The notes: generated by a model from the letters alone, not told the origin. A DNA stretch of 20,000 nt from an uncultured virus (IMG/VR IMGVR_UViG_3300022876_000098) (IMGVR_UViG_3300022876_000098); one strand, 5' to 3'; counted from the first letter of the stretch, positions 9,692-16,784 are shown. Program-made: numbers and translations.

Positions 9692-10746
9692 TGGCTGATC
9701 TATATGGGCTCCGGACGCGGGATGCGTCTGGGGGCATCACCCTCGACACCACGATCACCTCGGTGCGATCTCTGAAAATGATGCAGGTGACCGGCAACGG
9801 CGAATTCGACCAGTACATCTCGATTCCCGAGATCCAGGCGCAATCCTTCGTGGTCGTGGACGCGTTGTATGACGGAGGAGAGAACACCACCAGTCCTCAG
9901 GCCTGGTTCTCCGCGGGGCAGTTGCAGCTGCGGCAGCCCTACACCCGCACCTGGCAAGTGATGATTCTTTCATTGGGTGGCGAGCCGTTCGCTGCGCCTG
10001 GGTCCTATGGCATCCGCGCGTCGAACAACAACATTCGGACGCAGATCGATTCAATCAATCAGGTGCTAACGGTTCGTTACAACGGAAGGTTCAATATCGG
10101 TTTTCAAGGCCCTGGCAGCGGAAATCAGATCCAATGGGCTGATGTGAACTTTGCTGCGCCGATCACCACGTATGAAAGGCCGCTGGTCTTTTTGAATGCC
10201 GATGATTACATGATGGTCGGTAACTTCTCGGTGAAAGGCAGCCCGGGAAACTGGACCGGGTTCAGATTGAAAGCCTGGAACAACCAAAACGGGCATGGGC
10301 AAACTGCGCTTTATCCAATGATGATCAACTGGTTCTGCGCGAGTTACATGGCGCCGGATACTGCTCCTGGGCAGTATGGGGCTGCTGTAAGGAATAGCGC
10401 AGGCAGCCGGACCTTTGTCACCACTGCCAATCTAGCGTTACTGAATGGTCAGCCGGCGTCCAATGCCTTTGTCCAGGCAGGTGACCCCCTGACAGGTGGC
10501 GCGTGGTATGCGCCGAGTCAGCAGATGCGTTGGACAGGAAGCTATCAGGACTATGTTCTGGCCAATGCTTTGTTCTCGGTCACCAATATCGGACAAACAG
10601 ACCAGCCTTTGCGCGCCAACTTCGGTGGTTTTCTGCCGGGGAATAGATCGGTGTTGCAAATGTATTGCGACAACGGTTCAGGCATTAACCCACTCACAGC
10701 CAATGGCCGGACGCTTTTCGCGTCTCGTCCGATGAAGCCTTTTTAA
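9691..10746 (+). CDS. Phage tail-tip associated protein (conserved position after gpJ), 351 aa
   Basis: Its start overlaps the J stop (TAATG). It has three YG-initiated sub-repeats (YGLRTRDASG, YGIRASNNN, YGAAVRNSAG) and a beta-rich composition. Confidence 0.8.
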   Translation: MADLYGLRTRDASGGITLDTTITSVRSLKMMQVTGNGEFDQYISIPEIQAQSFVVVDALYDGGENTTSPQAWFSAGQLQLRQPYTRTWQVMILSLGGEPFAAPGSYGIRASNNNIRTQIDSINQVLTVRYNGRFNIGFQGPGSGNQIQWADVNFAAPITTYERPLVFLNADDYMMVGNFSVKGSPGNWTGFRLKAWNNQNGHGQTALYPMMINWFCASYMAPDTAPGQYGAAVRNSAGSRTFVTTANLALLNGQPASNAFVQAGDPLTGGAWYAPSQQMRWTGSYQDYVLANALFSVTNIGQTDQPLRANFGGFLPGNRSVLQMYCDNGSGINPLTANGRTLFASRPMKPF

Positions 10747-10755
10747 GGAGCATAC

Positions 10756-11607
10756 ATGGCAAAGCAAGTAATCAACCTCGGCACCGCTCCCAGTGGAGCC
10801 GGCGGAGATGATCGCCGGGGAGCCTGGGTTAAGGCCCGAGCTAACTTCACCGAGCTGTTCAACTGGATCTCCAACCTGGCGCAAACTGATGACCAGGCGA
10901 CATCTCTTCCTGCGTCTCTGCCAATCGCGAAAGGTGGCACTGGCGGTACCTCTGTGGCTGCCGCACTGAACAACCTCGGATTAGGGGCGAGCAGCGCTGT
11001 AAACTTTGCCGCCATCGAGCTGAGCTCTTCCACTCCGTGGATCGACTTCCATGCAGGCAGCAGCGGGGCAGACTACACCTCACGACTGATCGCTAGAACG
11101 GCGGGTACTCTCCTGTGCGAGGGCTCGCGCTTCGGTGCCACCGGCTATCTGACCAGAACGGGCGAGTCTGGCGCGAACCAGAACAACGTCTTCAACATCG
11201 CCTGGACCTCGGGAGCCGCCGACCTGTACGTCGACGTGACCCGCATCGGCTCACTACAGGTCACCTCTTCGGACTACCGAATCAAGAAGAACATCACCAC
11301 GGTGGAGGGCGTCAGCTTCCTTGACCGAATCGATCGCTACCGCGTGGTCGAGTACGAGATCGGTGATTTCGATGTATGGAAAGGCGATGGCACCGTCTAC
11401 CAGGGCGTCATCGCGCACGAAGCACAGGAAGTAAACCCCCGGTCGGTGTCAGGCGAAAAGGATGCGGTGGCCCAGAACGGCACCCCGCTGATCCAGCAGC
11501 TGAACCACATGGCATTCATCACCGACCTGATCGGTGCCGTGAAGGAACTGCGCGCCGAAGTCGCAAGCCTCAAGGCTCAATTGGCACCGCCGCCTGATCA
11601 GGCGTAA
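10756..11607 (+). CDS. Short tail fibre/spike with a C-terminal intramolecular chaperone (peptidase S74-like)
   Basis: AAGGAG RBS. N-terminal virion anchor motif INLGTAPSGAGGDD.R.A..K...NF.EL. Autocleavage motif SDYRIKKNI at 11269, then G.IAHEAQEV.P..V and a terminal LIGAVKELRAEVASLK coiled coil. Confidence 0.88.
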   Translation: MAKQVINLGTAPSGAGGDDRRGAWVKARANFTELFNWISNLAQTDDQATSLPASLPIAKGGTGGTSVAAALNNLGLGASSAVNFAAIELSSSTPWIDFHAGSSGADYTSRLIARTAGTLLCEGSRFGATGYLTRTGESGANQNNVFNIAWTSGAADLYVDVTRIGSLQVTSSDYRIKKNITTVEGVSFLDRIDRYRVVEYEIGDFDVWKGDGTVYQGVIAHEAQEVNPRSVSGEKDAVAQNGTPLIQQLNHMAFITDLIGAVKELRAEVASLKAQLAPPPDQA

Positions 11608-11626
11608 CCGCTACACACCAACCCCG

Positions 11627-11651
11627 ACCGCCACCTGGCGGTATTTTTTTG
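11627..11651 (+). terminator. Rho-independent terminator-like hairpin after the tail fibre gene
   Basis: ACCGCCA-CC-TGGCGGT followed by ATTTTTTT. Confidence 0.6.
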
Positions 11652-11665
11652 TCTGGAGAAAACCC

Positions 11666-11896
11666 ATGCCTTTCATCGTCATCGACACCACCAACGACTA
11701 CAACCAAATCAACAAGCGCCAGTTCGCTACTGAGGGCGAGGCCGAAACAGCTGCAACCCAAGAGTTGCAGAGTAACCCGAGGGTGGTTCTGTCCACCGCT
11801 AAGGTGCTCAAGGTCTTCAAGGCGGAGGTGACGGTCACCGCTCAGGCGCCGGACGAGGTCGAGCCGGAAGCTTCGCCAGAGGAGGCTACTGAATGA
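11666..11896 (+). CDS. Small acidic phage hypothetical protein (76 aa)
   Basis: GGAGAAAA RBS; ATGA overlap with the next gene; no transmembrane segment. Confidence 0.75.
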   Translation: MPFIVIDTTNDYNQINKRQFATEGEAETAATQELQSNPRVVLSTAKVLKVFKAEVTVTAQAPDEVEPEASPEEATE

Positions 11897-12342
11897 GTAC
11901 TCCTCGCGGCGTCCGGAACAACAACCCCGGCAACATCGATTACAACCCGCGCAACGCCTGGCAGGGCCAGCTCGGCGTAGAGGTGGGTGTTCCCAAGCCC
12001 CGATTCGCGCGCTTCGATCATCCTGAAAACGGCATCCGTGCCTTGGCCAAGCTTCTGCTTAACTACCGCGGCAAAGACGGCATGCCAGGCGTGGGCCGCC
12101 TTGGTATCGATACCCCCCTGGAGTTCATCAGCCGATGGGCGCCGGCCAGCGAGAACAACACCCTGGCCTATGCGCAGGCCATCGCCAAGCGGCTCGGGGT
12201 CGGGGTGCGCGACTCCATCGACATTTCCAAGCGCGCCGTTCTGCGTGAGGCCGTCCTAGGCATCATCATCCATGAGAACGGCGGCAACCCATACAAGGCC
12301 GAAGTGATCGACGAGGGCGTGCGGAGGGCCCTGGCTTCATGA
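11893..12342 (+). CDS. Probable endolysin (lysozyme-like RNNNPGNI family, often annotated as 'structural protein P5')
   Basis: Motifs RGVRNNNPGNI, RFARFDHPENGIRA, ISRWAPASENNTLAY and IIIHENG. It sits directly upstream of the spanin pair, with a GAGG RBS. Confidence 0.75.
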   Translation: MSTPRGVRNNNPGNIDYNPRNAWQGQLGVEVGVPKPRFARFDHPENGIRALAKLLLNYRGKDGMPGVGRLGIDTPLEFISRWAPASENNTLAYAQAIAKRLGVGVRDSIDISKRAVLREAVLGIIIHENGGNPYKAEVIDEGVRRALAS

Positions 12343-12833
12343 GCCCGTGGGCTGGAGTTGCCGCAGTCCTGGTGCTTTTAGCTTCCCACTGGGCGGCCTA
12401 TGAGCACGGTCGCTCAGTGGAGCTTGCCCAGGCCGGCCAGCAATCAGCGAAGCGGGACAGCGGCGACCGGCTCGCCGAAGTGATTGGTGAGCGATCGGCA
12501 CGCCAGGAAGAACATCGCAGCGCAGATGCGCAGCAAGAGGCGAGGCTAAAGGCCCATGAAGAAAGAACGATTGCTGATGCTGGCGCTGCTGACGCCCATG
12601 CTGCTGGTCAGCGGCTGCGCAGTGACGCCAGCCAGCTCGCTGCCACCGTCAGTTGCCCCAGCACGGATACCGCCGCTGTCGCCCGAGGCGAGACAGCCAC
12701 CCGCGCCGCCATGGTGCTCTCCGACCTGCTCGCACGGGCTGATGCTCGAGCGGGAGAACTGGCGAAAGCTTATGACCAAGCCCGAATAGCGGGGCTCGCA
12801 TGCGAAGCGTCCTATAATGCGCTGATCAAGTGA
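12339..12833 (+). CDS. Rz-like inner-membrane spanin (DUF2514-like)
   Basis: N-terminal hydrophobic anchor, Ala/Gln/Arg-rich coiled coil, and C-terminal LAKAYDQARIAGLACEASYNAL. It contains an embedded lipoprotein ORF. Confidence 0.85.
   Translation: MSPWAGVAAVLVLLASHWAAYEHGRSVELAQAGQQSAKRDSGDRLAEVIGERSARQEEHRSADAQQEARLKAHEERTIADAGAADAHAAGQRLRSDASQLAATVSCPSTDTAAVARGETATRAAMVLSDLLARADARAGELAKAYDQARIAGLACEASYNALIK
12556..12789 (+). CDS. Rz1-like outer-membrane spanin lipoprotein embedded in the +1 frame of Rz
   Basis: Signal peptide MKKERLLMLALLTPMLLVSG-C (lipobox), then a Pro-rich mature part with CSPTC. It is fully nested in the Rz-like gene. Confidence 0.82.
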   Translation: MKKERLLMLALLTPMLLVSGCAVTPASSLPPSVAPARIPPLSPEARQPPAPPWCSPTCSHGLMLERENWRKLMTKPE

Positions 12834-12846
12834 TCGGAGCAGGGCA

Positions 12847-13071
12847 GTGGACAAGCGCACCTTCATAGGGATGGTTGAGGCCGGCGAGCCGCTGATTCAG
12901 CAGGCCATCGACGCCATGCGGGAGTATCACCAGGCCCAAGATCGCGGTGCGTCGGCGGAAGAGATCGAGCGGTTGCGCCTATTGGCCGAGTCGCTGTTAC
13001 AGGTAGTGTCCGATTATCAGCTTCGGGTGATTGCCACGATGCGCGGCAAGGATTTGCCGCCTCTTCACTGA
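12847..13071 (+). CDS. Phage hypothetical protein (74 aa, helical)
   Basis: GTG start with upstream GGAG; follows the spanin after a short gap; plausible amphipathic helices. Confidence 0.65.
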   Translation: MDKRTFIGMVEAGEPLIQQAIDAMREYHQAQDRGASAEEIERLRLLAESLLQVVSDYQLRVIATMRGKDLPPLH

Positions 13072-13086
13072 TCCGCTGATCGGCAA

Positions 13087-13137
13087 TTGCCCACGACCGA
13101 ATCCGTCTATACGATACTGTTTATTCATACAGTATCG
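13087..13137 (+). promoter_or_regulatory. Sigma70-like promoter with an adjacent LexA (SOS) box
   Basis: TTGCCC (13087-92), 17-bp spacer, TACGAT (13110-15). CTGT-TTATTCAT-ACAG at 13117-13132 lies inside a 9-bp-arm palindrome CGATACTGT...ACAGTATCG. Confidence 0.85.
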
Positions 13138-13144
13138 GTGCCCT

Positions 13145-13438
13145 ATGTATTTCCTCCTCGTTCGCCGACGCATGAATGGCGCGGCCCTCCCAGCCGATCA
13201 GCTCAGGAAAGTGGAGCCTTTGCGGGCAGACGTCCACATTGGTGAGCATCACAGTGAGCCGCTGGGCCGGGTATCTACCCAGGCTTGGGTGTTCAACCCG
13301 ACGCCTGGGCCCGACATCATCCCGCGTCTTCACGATGCCAAGGTCAACGGCATGGCCCAGCTCGGCATCAACATCAACGGGGTGGAGGAGGTCGACGGCG
13401 TGCTCTACGCGCAGTCCTGGTGGTGCAGGGCAGAATGA
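13145..13438 (+). CDS. Putative SOS-regulated hypothetical protein (97 aa)
   Basis: The ATG lies 12 bp after the LexA box; the protein runs MYFLLVRRR...[10 protein letters not shown]. Confidence 0.75.
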   Translation: MYFLLVRRRMNGAALPADQLRKVEPLRADVHIGEHHSEPLGRVSTQAWVFNPTPGPDIIPRLHDAKVNGMAQLGININGVEEVDGVLYAQSWWCRAE

Positions 13439-13728
13439 TGAATGGGGTACCGAAAGCTTGGCTGGATGAGCTGAACGACCGATTCGCCTTGGTTACAGAT
13501 CCCGATGGGCGCGCTGCTGTGCTCGGCGAGATGGCCTATGCCGCCCATCGTCGTCGAGAGGTTGGCGACGATAACCTGGCCGACATGCTGGAGCTTGCGG
13601 AAGCTGCAAGGGCGTGGGCGCTGCTCGAGCACGAGGAGGCTTGGCACCTTGGCCTTTTCGAATATGAGGGGTGGATTGAGCGCGATCCAGAAAGGATCAT
13701 TGTCGGCGGGACGCCAGGAAAGGGATAG
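13435..13728 (+). CDS. Hypothetical acidic helical protein (97 aa), translationally coupled to the upstream gene
   Basis: ATGA overlap with the previous stop; [15 protein letters not shown]...[14 protein letters not shown]. Confidence 0.7.
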   Translation: MMNGVPKAWLDELNDRFALVTDPDGRAAVLGEMAYAAHRRREVGDDNLADMLELAEAARAWALLEHEEAWHLGLFEYEGWIERDPERIIVGGTPGKG

Positions 13729-13732
13729 AGCG

Positions 13733-13808
13733 CTGTCTAAAACTCGGCTTCAGCATCTCGGTTTTGCTGAGCGAAAGTCGCTGAAACTGGCCGAACGGTA
13801 TTAGACAG
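13733..13808. repeat. Inverted repeat pair resembling integrase arm-type sites (set 1)
   Basis: CTGTCTAAAAC (13733-43) and GTATTAGACAG (13798-808), 10/11 inverted match. Confidence 0.5.
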
Positions 13809-13912
13809 GCTCGATGCACAGGCCGCTTACGGCGCGGCCTGAGGTTCGATTCTCACGCTACTGCTGCAGTACTGGAGTGCGCCCGAAGCGAGACGCAGCG
13901 GGCGCTACATCA

Positions 13913-14068
13913 CTATGCGTTGTAGCGAGTCCAGGTCAGAGTGAGAAACACACCGATGAAGATAATCGAGCCGATGGCCCAAACGATCCCGCGCTTGTGG
14001 CGAGGGGCGACAAACCAGACGACGTACCAGACCAGCGTCAGAATGGCGAGGATGACGATACTGCTCAT
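13913..14068 (-). CDS. Small two-TM membrane protein (51 aa), moron-like
   Basis: AAGGAG RBS before the ATG. MSSIVILAILTLVWYVVWFVAPRHKRGIVWAIGSIIFIGVFLTLTWTRYNA has two hydrophobic segments around a basic loop. Confidence 0.72.
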   Translation of the reverse strand: MSSIVILAILTLVWYVVWFVAPRHKRGIVWAIGSIIFIGVFLTLTWTRYNA

Positions 14069-14205
14069 GCTTACTCCTTGTTCGAGAGGCCGCACAACTG
14101 CTGCGCAACTCATCTCAAAACCAGAATCGACACGTTCTCCGCAAAACTTTACTGGCAATTCAAAAAAAATCTGCAAAATGCGGAAAACCTGGTGAGAAGG
14201 AGCCG

Positions 14206-14291
14206 AAAATTGGTTCCAAAACTAAAACGGCGACCCTTGTAGAATGCGGGTTACAGCCCGGCGAATCTCGGTTCGTTTTGGAACTGATTTT
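14206..14291. repeat. Inverted repeat pair resembling integrase arm-type sites (set 2)
   Basis: AAAATTGGTTCCAAAAC (14206-22) and GTTTTGGAACTGATTTT (14275-91), 15/17 inverted match. Confidence 0.55.
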
Positions 14292-14377
14292 CTAGTCCAG
14301 CCCACATGAGGCGGCGATTCTTGTATCGGATTGCAAATCCGGGGAACGGCTCGGCCTGGGCCTCGGAACTGGGAGCC

Positions 14378-14575
14378 ATTCTTGGGCCAATTCTTGGGCC
14401 AATGCATGCGTTTTTGTGCGTTCTTGAGAGGCTGAAACCCCCGGAAACACTGCACTCTACACCGCTCAAAACCGCGAAAATAATCGCATGGTGATGTTAG
14501 CGGTGGAGATCAAGGAGCTTACCTATCAATAACTTACGTGGCTTCTTCGCAGCTGCGGACCAATTTCGGACCAAT
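14378..14575. mobile_element. Prophage attachment junction: core equal to the 5' end of ybiT, flanked by arm-type direct repeats and an IHF site
   Basis: Minus strand 14513-14486 reads TTG ATC TCC ACC GCT AAC ATC ACC ATG C (MISTANITM) and then diverges. ATTCTTGGGCCA x2 (14378-14401) lies on the left and CGGACCAAT x2 (14556-64, 14567-75) on the right. TATCAATAACTTA (14524-36) fits WATCAANNNNTTR. Confidence 0.75.
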
Positions 14576-14765
14576 CTGGAGCTTTTCCGGCTCCGCCAGT
14601 CGTTGGACGAGTTAATCCAGCGCGCATAAGTCGATAAGAGCATCTGCACGCTATGCCCGAGCTGTTGGGCGATAAATGCGGGGTTGAGGCCGGACATTGA
14701 GCGTATTGTCGCATAGGTGTGACGGCAGTTGTATGGGGGGCGACGCCTGATCCCCAATTCATTCG
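14526..14765 (-). pseudogene. Tyrosine integrase C-terminal remnant
   Basis: ELGIRRRPPYNCRHTYAT...GLNPAFIAQQLGHSVQMLLSTYARWI carries the RH, LGH and catalytic Tyr boxes. The N-terminal part is missing, and there is an apparent frameshift after SSNDW (EKLQIGPKLVRS continues in another frame). Confidence 0.88.
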
Positions 14766-15038
14766 GCACAGGCACCCGCTGTTCAGGGGAACCGCAGGCC
14801 TGTTTCACGCACCCGACGTTCGTCGAAGCACGGAACAGGAACGGTGTTTTGGTCACCGCCCCCCTTGCCTGGCGTCGCCTTTGCCGCCATGTCGCGGCAG
14901 TGGGTCGAGGGCGAGGGGTAAAAAAATGGAGCTTTTGCTCGCGCCTGGTGGTCAAGCTAGTTGGATAGGCCTAATTACAAATGAAGGGTCTGCCCATCCT
15001 GGTTGCACCAATCACCCACTGGCGGTGAAGGAGAGCTT

Positions 15039-15338
15039 ATGCGAATGAGGGGCCACGTGTACTGGGCTTGGGCTGACCCGACACTGCACCACCAAAGTCA
15101 TGAAGAAACACTGAGTGACGGCACCCGCATCGATGTGCGGGTCAGGCTGTCCCGAACGGGTGGAGCGCAGATGTTCCTGGGGGTTTATGCTCGGTCAGGG
15201 ATGGCGTTATTTGAGGAGGCATTCAACTCTCGGCCAGGCGAGTCGATGACCAGGGCGCTTGCCTGGGGAGTGGCTCGGGCGCGCCACATCGCTGCCGAAG
15301 GCGCTCCTGCCGCCGACCTTTTCGCCGCTTCGAAATAG
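15039..15338 (+). CDS. Hypothetical protein (99 aa)
   Basis: AAGGAGAG RBS before the ATG; MRMRGHVYWAWADPTLH...ESMTRALAWGVARAR. Confidence 0.7.
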   Translation: MRMRGHVYWAWADPTLHHQSHEETLSDGTRIDVRVRLSRTGGAQMFLGVYARSGMALFEEAFNSRPGESMTRALAWGVARARHIAAEGAPAADLFAASK

Positions 15339-15357
15339 AGTAAGAGGGGCTATAGGG

Positions 15358-15435
15358 TAATGCCAGTCAGTTAAGGTTGTTACAGCATTATTGGGGCCGC
15401 AGCGCGGCCCCAAATTGCTTATCTGACTGGCATTA
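15358..15435. mobile_element. 78-bp MITE-like element with IS4-type terminal inverted repeats
   Basis: TAATGCCAGTCAGTTAAG (15358-75) and CTTATCTGACTGGCATTA (15418-35), 17/18 match. Internal hairpin TTGGGGCCGC-AGC-GCGGCCCCAA. Imperfect flanking direct repeat GGCTATAGGG / AGCTATAGAC. Confidence 0.75.
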
Positions 15436-15502
15436 AGCTATAGACCCGGTTCAGTAGCCGCCGAAGGCTATGCTGGCTGTCAAACCACTCGAGGAGCGTG
15501 AG

Positions 15503-15793
15503 ATGAAACGACTATTGCTGGCTGCTTTGCTGGTAGCTTCGGGCGCTGCCCACGCCGGTATTCCGCTGGTGAACGCAACGTGCCCCGGAAATATCGAGGT
15601 GCATGCCGACAAGGGCGGGCCGATCTACATCAATGGCAAAGAAGGCAAGCTGAAGAAGTTCAACGACAACTACTTTGAAGCCAAGGGCAGCGGGGTGACT
15701 GTGTCACTGTCGATCAACCCCGACGGTTCGCCCGATGTCTCGTACACCGGCAAGAACAAAGCCAACGGGGTGTGCCAGGTCAAGGCGTCGTAG
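15503..15793 (+). CDS. Small secreted/periplasmic protein (96 aa) with a two-Cys beta-rich domain
   Basis: GAGGAG RBS; signal peptide MKRLLLAALLVASGAAHA; Cys near each end of the mature chain. Confidence 0.85.
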   Translation: MKRLLLAALLVASGAAHAGIPLVNATCPGNIEVHADKGGPIYINGKEGKLKKFNDNYFEAKGSGVTVSLSINPDGSPDVSYTGKNKANGVCQVKAS

Positions 15794-15896
15794 AGGGTCG
15801 CCATGCATGAGCGTAGCGGCAGCCATTGGAGGGGCTTCGGTGATGGAACGGTAATTGCTGTGACCCTGAGACATTGACCCCGCGGAGAGCGCCGAA

Positions 15897-15995
15897 ATGA
15901 CTCAGGATGACCGTTATTACATGGTTTTCGTTGTGACTGCTGTGCTGGTTCTGGACCTGGTGGCAACCTTGGTGTTTTTGAACGCCATCGCCTGA
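15897..15995 (+). CDS. Putative 32-aa single-TM small protein (absent from the ORF track)
   Basis: GGAGAG upstream; MTQDDRYYMVFVVTAVLVLDLVATLVFLNAIA*. Confidence 0.5.
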   Translation: MTQDDRYYMVFVVTAVLVLDLVATLVFLNAIA

Positions 15996-16221
15996 CCCCG
16001 ATAGTGGGCTTGGGAATACTCGGAGTTGGGGCCAATTGCGGTTGCTTATGCTCATCAGAAGAGAACTTTCACTGCGCCCTGAATGCAGCCTTGACCCATA
16101 TAGCAAACAAACATAGGGCACGGTTGTTATTGAGCAGTAACATGGGCTCACGAAAACTAAAAAATGGCGTGCTACTGGCAACACTTTCCTACGTTTAGAT
16201 GGGGCAGCAGGAGCGTGTCGC

Positions 16222-16590
16222 GTGAAGAGCTCAATATCGTTAGCAGGCGCCTTACTCGTGTCCGCCTTCGCCACATTGTTCACGGCAGGTTGCGCACAAA
16301 CCCCTGACGTGCGTGACGGCCATGACTATACCTCTGGCACCACCGCGAAAAGCGCACCCACGTATCTGGGATGCGTGAAGGGCGAACTGCCAGGGCATGT
16401 GAAAACCTACGAGGTCGATGGCGATAACTCAGTCAGACTGTTCATCGAAAGCACCGACCCCAGCAAGGCAGAGGGCCTTGTGGAGTTGCGCAGCACAGCC
16501 GGCCAGCACCAGTTTACGGCCTATCAACGCGATGCCTGGTACGACCATGGCCGGTTGCTGGATGCCGCGTTGATGTGTTCAAAAGCATGA
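16222..16590 (+). CDS. Lipoprotein, hypothetical (122 aa)
   Basis: AGGAG RBS; lipobox FTAG-C; two further Cys (YLGCV, ALMCS). Confidence 0.85.
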   Translation: MKSSISLAGALLVSAFATLFTAGCAQTPDVRDGHDYTSGTTAKSAPTYLGCVKGELPGHVKTYEVDGDNSVRLFIESTDPSKAEGLVELRSTAGQHQFTAYQRDAWYDHGRLLDAALMCSKA

Positions 16591-16611
16591 TGCACTGACC
16601 TCCCTACACTT

Positions 16612-16639
16612 AAAGCCCGCCATCGAAAGCGGGTTTTTT
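16612..16639 (+). terminator. Rho-independent terminator
   Basis: GCCCGC-CATCGAAA-GCGGGT followed by a T run, about 20 bp after the stop. Confidence 0.75.
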
Positions 16640-16784
16640 GTGTTTGGGGACGTCAGCATGATATCCGCCCAACGCGCTGTATGCAGGTTCACCGGCAAAT
16701 TTCAAGAACTGGCTTGAGCAGCGCTTGTTTTGCATTCGCCTGCCTTGCCCGTGATAATTCACGCATTTGGATGGAGGACAGTGG

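Noticed and set aside
1..12833. F-type tailocin rather than prophage
   Set aside because: The gene order is compatible, but att-like junctions and prophage-end accessory genes follow, not the trpG or cinA/mutS flanks typical of tailocins. Head genes cannot be checked in this window.
13838..13860. GGTTCGATTC as a tRNA T-arm or tRNA-derived att core
   Set aside because: The 5-bp T-stem does not pair correctly, and there is no acceptor stem, CCA end or cloverleaf.
14292..14315. Minus-strand CATGTGGGCTGGACT as a dusA att core (ATGATGGACTGGAC)
   Set aside because: The match is short, with an indel and a mismatch, so it is too weak to assign.
14790..14950. Possible cos/packaging-region remnant (GGGCGAGGGGTAAAAAAA)
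   Set aside because: Only a vague resemblance; no HNH or terminase gene is adjacent to support it.
14766..14955. N-terminal part of the 152-aa ORF 14497..14955 as integrase sequence
   Set aside because: Only the segment from about ELGIRRRPPYNCRH resembles an integrase; the upstream part looks like fortuitous open frame.
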